From: Candidatus Aminicenantes bacterium
Lineage (GTDB): Bacteria; Acidobacteriota; Aminicenantia; Aminicenantales; Aminicenantaceae
Reading direction: 5' to 3'
NCBI GenBank assembly: GCA_016927475.1
Contig: JAFGMO010000018.1
Location: 13,373 to 77,372, forward strand
Length of the DNA stretch: 64,000 nt
A program made the translations under genes and the position numbers. The notes beneath the pieces are model-generated. The model searched no databases. It was not told the origin of the DNA and was given only the letters and a program-made list of their open reading frames with translations. Positions 56,524 to 64,000 of this stretch are shown piece by piece (positions within the stretch are counted from its first letter, which is position 1; the number at the start of each line of letters is the position of its first letter).

Positions 56524-58599
56524 TTAATAGATATAGGTGAATTTCACCAGCACGGAGGCTTTGCCGGCGTTATCCGCACCGAAGAGAGGATCGCCGGCCA
56601 GGACGATCCATTCCATGTGAAGGGAAGATTTGATCTTATAATCCAGAGAAGCTTGTATATAATGCTTTTGTATTCCCGTATTTATCTGAGCATAGAGAGT
56701 GAAAACGAGGTTGTCGGAATGGATATAGCGGGCATTCAGGAAATGGATATTGCGTGTGGTATGTCCGACGTTGTGTAACCTGGCCGGCCTGTGAAATGCC
56801 GCATAGGAGTAGATCAGATAAAGATTCCGAAAGGCCAACACTTGCTTGTTGATCCGTGAAAGCTGGAATCTGCGGTCATAATTGACACCAAAAGTCAGGT
56901 CGATACTTATCTTTTTCCAATCCCCGCCGTCGTAGCCGAATTCAAGGTAGGTGTGGTGGTTCCTGAATTCTTTTTCGTAGAGCTTATACTCTGAAAAATA
57001 GGATGACATGAAGTAAAATTTATTGGTGAAGTTTAAGGTTAATCCTCCGTCGAACAGCCAGCTTCGGAGCGTATTGTCCATTCCCCAATAAGTATTGTAG
57101 CGGGTTCTGAAAGTCAGCTTATCAAAGGTTTTTCGTTTGAGGTTGAAGATTTTCCAGATGGCTGCATCCAATTCTTTGCGGTTGTCGTCTTCGATAAAAC
57201 CCACTTCGTTGACGTTATCTCCGAATTCTTCTCCCAGTTGGGAATACCAGAGATGGAGGTGGAATGTCTCGGTCTGATAAGTTGGCCTGAGCGTGAAGGC
57301 CAGATTTTCCTCTCCCTTTTGCCCGTAACTGAAAGCGAACTGGCTGTCAATATGCAGGTTTTGGGTGAGATTCAGGCGGGCATCGATTCCGGCTGCCCCT
57401 GCATTACCGCCGCTTTGAAGCTTGTTGGCGGCCGTCAAACCCAGGGTAAATGATTTGCCGAATTTTTTTCTCATACGGATAACGGAATAATTAGCCGTAG
57501 GCGTATCTGTGGGGGCTATTTTTGTTGTCTGAAGACTCATTCCGGAAAGGGAAAACGTCTCCGAGGAGCTGTCATAACGAAGACCTCCGTAAACATCTCC
57601 GATCCTTTTCGAATAAAAGAGGGGAATCGGTGTTTCATAGTTTTGGCTGTCGACCTTGAGAAAGTCCCGTGTTTCCTTCAGTCTCAGCTCGAATCGGGTC
57701 AGGTTGTGCTGTTCCTGATCCGGGGGGGCGGTTTCAAAATCAGGATTGAACGTCAATTGGGCCTTTGTCTTTTCCGAAAAAGTATAGGAAGCATCGAGGC
57801 CGGCTTTCAGGCTGAAACGCAAGTTGATTTCATCGGGGTCTGGATTCGCATCATCTTTTCCCCCACCGTATTTGAGAAAAGCATAAGGTATGAAGCTGTA
57901 GTCGCGTGCTTTTTTGATAAGCTCTATTTTGGGCAGTATGGTGTCTCTTGTAATGGAAAAAGCAGGGTCGAGGGGGCCGGTCCAAAAACTGCTCTCCAGC
58001 ATTCTGGGGATAAGACGGGAAATACTTAAGCCGATTGTTTTGTCGTCTTCGGGTTTATAAAAAAGGCCGGCCAGATCGATCTCGGCCTCAACCGTCCATC
58101 CGAAGCGTGTCTTTTGAGCGGCAACTTTCCAGATGCCTTTCCACTGGGTTTCAAGAGTCGTACCGTCTTTTGTGATCCTGCCGTCGTATTTGGCACCCTT
58201 CAGGTTTGTCGCAAAAACGTAGTAATAATCGGGTTCAAAAGGAGTCTCGAAAAGGAAATAGACCGAATCTTCATCCCGGAGGTCCGTGTCATCCCCCACG
58301 GTGAAGGCTTCGATTTTATCCGGGTCGCTGTCATAGCAGAGAACCCCGATGTACAGATATTCATCGTTGAAGAGGAGTTTTATGGTAGTTTTTGCCTCAG
58401 CCAGGCCTGTCTCGCCCGGTTTGATGTAAAGAAGACGGCCGGCATCCGGTGCCTTTTCCCAATCGGCTTCGTCGAGAAGTCCGTCGATGTTAAAGGTCCC
58501 TTCCGTTTTTCGGGCCAGTTTTCGATAGGTTTGGTCTTGAGCAAAAAGAGGAACGATGGATATAAAAAAAATGAGGAATGTTACGACCGATTTTTTCAT
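56524..58599 (-). CDS. Secreted protein with CBM9/DOMON-like N-terminal domain and large beta-rich (DUF5916-like) C-terminal domain
   Basis: Start at MKKSVVTFLIFFISIVPLFAQ (signal peptide); DGLLDEADWEKAP CBM9-like motif; alternating strand pattern to the C-terminus. Confidence 0.45.
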   Translation of the reverse strand: MKKSVVTFLIFFISIVPLFAQDQTYRKLARKTEGTFNIDGLLDEADWEKAPDAGRLLYIKPGETGLAEAKTTIKLLFNDEYLYIGVLCYDSDPDKIEAFTVGDDTDLRDEDSVYFLFETPFEPDYYYVFATNLKGAKYDGRITKDGTTLETQWKGIWKVAAQKTRFGWTVEAEIDLAGLFYKPEDDKTIGLSISRLIPRMLESSFWTGPLDPAFSITRDTILPKIELIKKARDYSFIPYAFLKYGGGKDDANPDPDEINLRFSLKAGLDASYTFSEKTKAQLTFNPDFETAPPDQEQHNLTRFELRLKETRDFLKVDSQNYETPIPLFYSKRIGDVYGGLRYDSSSETFSLSGMSLQTTKIAPTDTPTANYSVIRMRKKFGKSFTLGLTAANKLQSGGNAGAAGIDARLNLTQNLHIDSQFAFSYGQKGEENLAFTLRPTYQTETFHLHLWYSQLGEEFGDNVNEVGFIEDDNRKELDAAIWKIFNLKRKTFDKLTFRTRYNTYWGMDNTLRSWLFDGGLTLNFTNKFYFMSSYFSEYKLYEKEFRNHHTYLEFGYDGGDWKKISIDLTFGVNYDRRFQLSRINKQVLAFRNLYLIYSYAAFHRPARLHNVGHTTRNIHFLNARYIHSDNLVFTLYAQINTGIQKHYIQASLDYKIKSSLHMEWIVLAGDPLFGADNAGKASVLVKFTYIY

Positions 58600-58879
58600 T
58601 TTTTCGATCCTTAACATGAGGTAAAAATTCATCTATAACACAAGAGCAAAAACAAGTCCATCTCCGGGGAAAAAAATAGGACTATTTTCATATATAGAAA
58701 ATGGCTGTATAAGACTTTTTTTTTATGGGACCTGTGAGTACGTTCAAGATATTAAATGAGGATAAATGGAACCGGCGGGTGACAGAAATAGATAAAAATT
58801 ATACAATAGCCATCAACAGGTCGAAGGGATTTACCGAAAACAACCCTTTGACAAAAAAAGAAAAATTCCGGGAGGAAAC

Positions 58880-61800
58880 ATGAAAAAGGGCAGAAAAAAG
58901 TTTTGTTATTCAGTAATTTACTTAATATCATTTTTTCTTTTTTTTATAGCCGCATCCCGATGGTCCTCGGCTGACGGTCCTTTGCTGCGTTTTCCGGATA
59001 TTTTCGAGGATACGATTGTTTTTGTTCAAGGAGAAGATATCTGGACTGTTCCGGCGACGGGAGGTGTCGCCCACCGGATCACACTCCATGATGGTGAGGA
59101 GAGATTCCCCAAGTTTTCACCCGATGGGAAGATGATCGCTTTTACCGGGGAATACGACGGGAACGGAGATGTTTACGTTATGAATATTCACGGAGGAGAT
59201 ATCACAAGGGTGACTTTCCATCCGGGATATGATGAAGTCGTTGGCTGGCATCCCGTAAAAAACAAGATCCTTTTTCGATCCAGCCGTAACAGTTTCAGCA
59301 GGTTCGACAGGCTTTTTCTCGTTTCGCCGGATGGGACCGGCCTCGAAGAGCTCATCCTCCATGAAGCGGCACAGGGTTCATTTTCCCCCGACGGCAAAAA
59401 GATCGCCTATAACAGGGGTGCTCGTGAGCATCGTACCTGGAAACGTTACAAGGGCGGCACGGCCCAGGAGGTTTATATCTTTGATTTTGAGACGAACAGT
59501 GATAAAAAAATGACACAGTTTCGTGGTACGGATAGAATTCCAATGTGGATTGGGGACAAGATCTATTTCAGCTCCGATAGGGACGGTGTGCTGAACCTTT
59601 ACTCTTTTAATACGGCAACGGAAGAAATTCTTCAGGTTACCCGGCATAAGGAATACGATGTCCGCCGGCCAAGCATGGGGGGAACAAAGATCGTCTACGA
59701 AGTGGGGGGAGCGCTGTGGTGTTTGGATACGAAAACCGGTGACACCAAAGAGGTCTCCATTCAAGTCCTCTCCGATGCTCCGGAAGCACGTCCCTATCTT
59801 AAAAAAGTGGATGATTATATTACGGGATTTGATATCTCCCCCCATGGAAAAAGAGCTCTAGTTGAAGCCAGAGGTGAGGTTTTCACGCTTCCGGAAAATG
59901 AAGGTCCGGTACGGAATTTGACCGGCACCTCAGGGGCCAGGGACAAAGATCCCGCCTGGTCACCCGACGGGAAAACCGTGGCCTTCCTTTCAGATAAAAG
60001 CGGGGAATATGAGATTTATCTCAAGGATCCTATGGGACGTGAAAATTCCATACGTTTGACGCAACATGATAAAGGATACCGTCATACCTTGCGCTGGTCT
60101 CCGGACAGTAAAAAAATCGCTTTTGCCGACCAAACGCTGCGGTGCTATGTCCTCGATGTGGGTACTAGGAAAATTACGGAGGTGGACAAAGCCCACTACG
60201 AAAATGTGGATGTTTCTCTTGATCTTAAGCCCATATATGATTTCAGGTGGTCCCCCGACAGCTGCTACCTGGCTTATTCCAAGATGGACGCCGACCTGGT
60301 CGTTAAGGTTTATATCTATTCCCTGGATACAGGTGACATTCACTGCGTCAGCAGCGGGATTTTTAATGATTTTGGGCCCGTTTTTTCCAAGGACGGAGAG
60401 CATCTTTTCTTTATATCCAACCGGCGTTTTGACCCGACATTCTGTGATTTTGAATGGGAGATGGTTTATAAAGAAGCGGCGGGTATTTGCTGTCTGACAT
60501 TGAAAAAGGACGGGCGGCCTCTTTTGCCTTTTCTATCTGACGAACATCAGACGGCCCAAGAAGAAAAACATCAAAAGGAAAAAGGTAAATCCGGAGAAGA
60601 AAAGCGAATACACATCGATTTTGACGGGCTTTCGAAAAGGATCGAGATGCTTCCCCTTTCCCGGGGAAACTTCAGGAGTCTGGATGTTAATGAGGATTCA
60701 TTATTCTATCTCAATGCCGGCGAAGGTGACTACAACCGCTTCGAATTCCGGGAAAAAGGCCCACGCAGACTGTGTGCTTTTGACATTAAAGATAAAAAGG
60801 AACGGATCATTATTGAGGGTGTAAACGGTTATCGTCTTTCTGCCGATGGAAGCAAGATCATCTACCGGAAAGGCGGCAGCCTGGGTATTATTTCTGCCGG
60901 TGCCAAAGACGGCAAAGGGAAGGCCCTTGATCTTTCAGGTTTGAAAATGATGCTGAATCCTTCCGAAGAATGGATGCAGATTTTCCATGATGCATGGCGC
61001 ATGGAAAGGGATTTTTATTATGAGCCCAACATGCATGGCATCGATTGGCCGGCTATGAGGGAGAAATACGGCCGTCTTATATCCCGTGCTTCATGCCGCC
61101 AGGACGTCCAGTATATTATTGGTGAGCTCATCGGCGAACTGAACACTTCCCATACTTATGTATTCGGCGGTGATATTCAGCGACATGCACGGCGGGTGAA
61201 TGTCGGTATGCTGGGAGTGGATTGGGAAGAGGATGCGGTCAACAACCGCTACCGGTTCAAAAAGATATACAAAGTCGCTGATTGGACAAGGGGTATCGTG
61301 CCTCCTTTGACAAAACCTGGAATTAATATTAATGAAGGCGACTATCTTCTGCAGGTCAATGGAATGGATGTGAAGACCGACAAAAACATTTATTCCTATT
61401 TTTTGGATTCCGCCGGCAAGCAGGTCTCTCTTCTAGTCAACAGCGGGCCGGCGATGCAGGGAGCGCATCTGGTAACGGTTAAGCCGCTTTCAGATGAGTC
61501 CACCTTGAAGTACCTGGATTGGGTAGAGCACAACCGGATGTTGGCTGAAGAAAAATCAGGCGGAAAGATCGGCTATATCCATCTACCCGACACTTATCTG
61601 GGTTCGGCCCGGGAATTTCCCAAGTACTTTTATTCCCAGTTGCGGAAAAAAGGACTGATCATCGACGGACGGTTTAACGGAGGAGGATTGGATCCTGATA
61701 TTTTCCTTCGCCGTCTGGATAAGGACCTTCATGCTTATTGGACACGCCGCTATTCCCATGACCAAACCATTCCCGATTTTGTCACCACAGCCCACATGGT

Positions 61801-62164
61801 TTGCCTGACCAATCGCCAGGCAGGCTCGGGAGGGGATATGCTGCCCATGGAATTTCAGATGAAGAGGATGGGTCCTGTGATCGGTACCCGAACATGGGGA
61901 GGACTGGTTGGCGTATCGATGTGGATCAGCATGATCGACGGAGGGGGATTGTCGGCGCCCGATTATAGAATCTACAACCGTGAAGGGGAATGGATTGTCG
62001 AGAATGAGGGGGTGACTCCTGATATCGAGATCGACCTCGATCCGGCCGGGATGGCCCGCGGAATCGACGCCCAATTGATGAAGGGCATCGAAGTCCTTCT
62101 TAAAAAAATAGAGGAGGATCCGCGGCCGTGGCCCAAGCATAAGCCATATAAGATCGATAAATAA
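58880..62164 (+). CDS. Tricorn protease homolog (S41 family; beta-propellers + PDZ + C-terminal catalytic domain)
   Basis: 1094 aa; repeated SPDGKxIAF propeller motifs; PDZ region; C-terminal GLIIDGRFNGGG and catalytic Ser region typical of tricorn/S41. Confidence 0.8.
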   Translation: MKKGRKKFCYSVIYLISFFLFFIAASRWSSADGPLLRFPDIFEDTIVFVQGEDIWTVPATGGVAHRITLHDGEERFPKFSPDGKMIAFTGEYDGNGDVYVMNIHGGDITRVTFHPGYDEVVGWHPVKNKILFRSSRNSFSRFDRLFLVSPDGTGLEELILHEAAQGSFSPDGKKIAYNRGAREHRTWKRYKGGTAQEVYIFDFETNSDKKMTQFRGTDRIPMWIGDKIYFSSDRDGVLNLYSFNTATEEILQVTRHKEYDVRRPSMGGTKIVYEVGGALWCLDTKTGDTKEVSIQVLSDAPEARPYLKKVDDYITGFDISPHGKRALVEARGEVFTLPENEGPVRNLTGTSGARDKDPAWSPDGKTVAFLSDKSGEYEIYLKDPMGRENSIRLTQHDKGYRHTLRWSPDSKKIAFADQTLRCYVLDVGTRKITEVDKAHYENVDVSLDLKPIYDFRWSPDSCYLAYSKMDADLVVKVYIYSLDTGDIHCVSSGIFNDFGPVFSKDGEHLFFISNRRFDPTFCDFEWEMVYKEAAGICCLTLKKDGRPLLPFLSDEHQTAQEEKHQKEKGKSGEEKRIHIDFDGLSKRIEMLPLSRGNFRSLDVNEDSLFYLNAGEGDYNRFEFREKGPRRLCAFDIKDKKERIIIEGVNGYRLSADGSKIIYRKGGSLGIISAGAKDGKGKALDLSGLKMMLNPSEEWMQIFHDAWRMERDFYYEPNMHGIDWPAMREKYGRLISRASCRQDVQYIIGELIGELNTSHTYVFGGDIQRHARRVNVGMLGVDWEEDAVNNRYRFKKIYKVADWTRGIVPPLTKPGININEGDYLLQVNGMDVKTDKNIYSYFLDSAGKQVSLLVNSGPAMQGAHLVTVKPLSDESTLKYLDWVEHNRMLAEEKSGGKIGYIHLPDTYLGSAREFPKYFYSQLRKKGLIIDGRFNGGGLDPDIFLRRLDKDLHAYWTRRYSHDQTIPDFVTTAHMVCLTNRQAGSGGDMLPMEFQMKRMGPVIGTRTWGGLVGVSMWISMIDGGGLSAPDYRIYNREGEWIVENEGVTPDIEIDLDPAGMARGIDAQLMKGIEVLLKKIEEDPRPWPKHKPYKIDK

Positions 62165-62167
62165 ACA

Positions 62168-63157
62168 GTGCGAATCGGTATCGACAATTACGGCCTACAG
62201 CCCCTGGGGTTGACCCCGGAGCAAACCTTGCGCTGGGCTTTAGAAAACGGCGCAGAGGGAGTTCATTTTTCGGGATTGGAACCGGAATATGAAAAAAAAC
62301 TTGAAAAGGCTGTTTTGCGAGACCTGTGCTGCTTTGCCGCTGAGAACAATCTGTACCTCGAGTGGGGAGGGGGCCAGCATCTTCCCTTCGACACGCAGAC
62401 CTGGAAACCCCGGGATATATTCCGGGGAAACCGGAGGGCCGCTTTTCAGGCTTTACAACTGGGGACGCGAATCGTACGGTCCTGCTCAGGCGGGATGATG
62501 CGCTGGGATGCCAAAAGCCCGATGACGGAGACCTTGCTTTTGGCCGCCGCCCGCAGTCTGAAAGAACAGCAGCACATGTTGCGGGACCATAATGTGATTC
62601 TGGCTCTTGAGACGCATTTTGAGTTTACGACCTGGGAGATCCTTCGTCTGTTTGACATGTGCGACGCCGAGCCCGGTGATACTCTGGGAATCTGCCTTGA
62701 TCCGATGAACCTTCTCATTATGCTGGAGGATCCTGGTGCCGCTACGGAGAGAGTCCTGCCATGGGTGGTTTGCACGCATTTCAAGGATGGCGGACTTCAT
62801 CTTTCATCCGAAGGATTGACTGTTTTTCCGACGGGAACGGGAAGAGGGGTTGTCGATCTGGCGGGAATCGCTAAAAAGCTGTCTTTACTTCCCCATGATG
62901 TCAATCTGTCTATCGAAGACCACGGCGGCTCCTTTTTGCTTCCCGTTTTTGATCCGCTGTTTCTGTCGAAATTTCCCGATCTTTGTGTACAGGAATTGAC
63001 ATGTATCATTCAAATGGCCATGGCCAAGAAGGAGAAGAATAAATCAAAAAAAAGTGTGCCCCTGCCGAGGGAAGACTGGCCGAAGGTTTGCGAAGATAGA
63101 ATGAAAACAAATATCCGGTATCTGAAAAGGCTTATTTTTCCGGTTGAGGGAGTTTAA
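62168..63157 (+). CDS. Xylose-isomerase-like TIM-barrel protein (sugar phosphate isomerase/epimerase family)
   Basis: MRIGIDNYGL...ALENGAEGVHFSG; LALETHFE metal-binding motif. Confidence 0.55.
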   Translation: MRIGIDNYGLQPLGLTPEQTLRWALENGAEGVHFSGLEPEYEKKLEKAVLRDLCCFAAENNLYLEWGGGQHLPFDTQTWKPRDIFRGNRRAAFQALQLGTRIVRSCSGGMMRWDAKSPMTETLLLAAARSLKEQQHMLRDHNVILALETHFEFTTWEILRLFDMCDAEPGDTLGICLDPMNLLIMLEDPGAATERVLPWVVCTHFKDGGLHLSSEGLTVFPTGTGRGVVDLAGIAKKLSLLPHDVNLSIEDHGGSFLLPVFDPLFLSKFPDLCVQELTCIIQMAMAKKEKNKSKKSVPLPREDWPKVCEDRMKTNIRYLKRLIFPVEGV

Positions 63158-63250
63158 ACTTGACTTCTTAGGCCTTATCCTTTATTAATATTTAAAATTT
63201 TTTCTAAAACAAGCGGGGAAAAAGGAATATTAGGAAAGAGGAGATAATTT

Positions 63251-63598
63251 GTGGTTACAGAAAAGCGAAAACGGAAACGGAAACAGGAGATCAATGAGGT
63301 CAGATTGATTGTTCTCAATGACGCCCAATCAAGAGAGCAAAAAGCCGTGAGAGCTCTTGCCCTCGATATGACTGTGGACGGAGTAAAGCTTATTGCCAAG
63401 GAAATGGTTCCCGAGAATAGTTCCGTGAAGATAGAATTTTTGCTTCAAGGAACACAAAAAAGAGTATTGACCGACGGAAAAGTGCGTTGGGCAAAATCCG
63501 TTGATCACGACGGGAAATGTGAAATGGGGATCGAATTTATCGATGTCGGTCCCGACACCTTTTATTCCCTGCTTGGACACCTTTACAAAAAAACATAG
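63251..63598 (+). CDS. PilZ-domain protein (putative c-di-GMP receptor)
   Basis: RKRKRKQE (RxxxR-like basic switch) followed by LDMTVDGVKL (D-x-S/T-x-x-G); 115 aa. Confidence 0.5.
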   Translation: MVTEKRKRKRKQEINEVRLIVLNDAQSREQKAVRALALDMTVDGVKLIAKEMVPENSSVKIEFLLQGTQKRVLTDGKVRWAKSVDHDGKCEMGIEFIDVGPDTFYSLLGHLYKKT

Positions 63599-63637
63599 TT
63601 TCATTTTTTCTTGGATTGTTAGGATGGCTCAGGCCGT

Positions 63638-64000
63638 ATGAATATTTTTGACATCAGAAAAAGGGCTGTCGCCGGATTGAAAAAGGGGGATGTGTTTGTC
63701 GTTTCACGAACTTTTTACGAAGAAGATACGCATGCCTTCGCCGGCATGACCCGAGATTTTAATCCCATCCATTTCGAGGACCGCTTTGTCCGGGCTAAAG
63801 GAATGAAAGGAAAAATTTGCCATGGCCTTCTCGTCGGAAGCCTTCTCACGGAGATCGGCGGTCAGATCGGCTGGCTGGCTTCAGAAATCCGTTTTCGATT
63901 CAGAAAGCCGGTTTTTTTTGGGGATGCCGTGGAATGTCGTCTGACCATTCTTGAATTGGACGAAAAAAATCATGCCTTGGCCGAGGCAGTTTTTCGCAAT
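63638..64000 (+). CDS. MaoC-like (R)-specific enoyl-CoA hydratase / hotdog dehydratase, N-terminal 121 aa (runs off window end)
   Basis: Manual translation: MNIFDIRKRAVAGLKKGDVFVVSRTFYEEDTHAFAGMTRDFNPIHFEDRFVRAKGMKGKICHGLLVGSLLTEIGG... (DFNPIH...H.G MaoC signature). Not in the ORF track because it is truncated by the window edge. Confidence 0.6.
   Translation, partial: MNIFDIRKRAVAGLKKGDVFVVSRTFYEEDTHAFAGMTRDFNPIHFEDRFVRAKGMKGKICHGLLVGSLLTEIGGQIGWLASEIRFRFRKPVFFGDAVECRLTILELDEKNHALAEAVFRN

Noticed and set aside
58114-58614. 166-aa plus-strand ORF inside the CBM9/DUF5916-like gene
   Set aside because: Antisense shadow of a 692-aa secreted protein with a signal peptide.
1-64000. CRISPR arrays, integrases, transposases, prophage genes
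   Set aside because: Scanned for regularly spaced direct repeats and for recombinase-like ORFs; none found. The only repeats are the 247-bp element pair, the 20-bp inverted repeat pair and the 16-bp tandem duplication reported above.

Overview
The window is a gene-dense 64 kb bacterial chromosomal segment of about 48% GC. Its gene content looks like an anaerobic, sulfur-metabolising member of the Desulfobacterota / FCB-type candidate-phylum neighbourhood. I found no rRNA, tRNA, CRISPR array, integrase or transposase. ORFs truncated at the window edges were missing from the ORF track; I recovered two by direct translation: a minus-strand partial gene at 1..1342 and a MaoC-like gene at 63638..64000.

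Four things stand out.
(1) An operon on the minus strand (20740..28091) encodes an ArsR-type regulator, a DsrE/DsrF-like protein, TusA, MvhD, a QmoA-like short HdrA, a full-length HdrA, two paralogous AsrA/FrhB-like iron-sulfur proteins and a second MvhD. This is a soluble Qmo/Hdr-like flavin/FeS module wired to sulfur-relay proteins. It has no HdrBC, QmoC or other membrane subunit, so it matches neither canonical QmoABC nor sHdr.
(2) A plus-strand lipid-type biosynthetic operon (9043..18310) combines a free-standing HMG-CoA-synthase beta-branching cassette (KS, HMGS, two enoyl-CoA hydratases, ACP) with a serine-palmitoyltransferase-like alpha-oxoamine synthase, FabG/FabI/FabZ-like enzymes and a large GNAT-like acyltransferase. 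I read it as a candidate branched sphingolipid/aminolipid (ceramide-like) pathway.
(3) A 247-bp structured intergenic element occurs twice (28495..28741 and 40831..41077). Its core is conserved and carries three compensatory base-pair substitutions that preserve two stems, so it is a candidate novel ncRNA or MITE-like element.
(4) Two tandem paralogous secreted Cys4 mini-proteins lie next to a 6-bladed beta-propeller gene. A 20-bp perfect inverted repeat pair brackets a GC-rich 150-bp segment in the leader of an adjacent gene.

The rest is envelope and transport housekeeping: FadL, an NCS2 permease, a TonB-dependent receptor, a TonB-like protein, an SSS transporter, an MFS transporter, a tricorn protease, rlmN, a YbaK-type deacylase and a 5'-nucleotidase.
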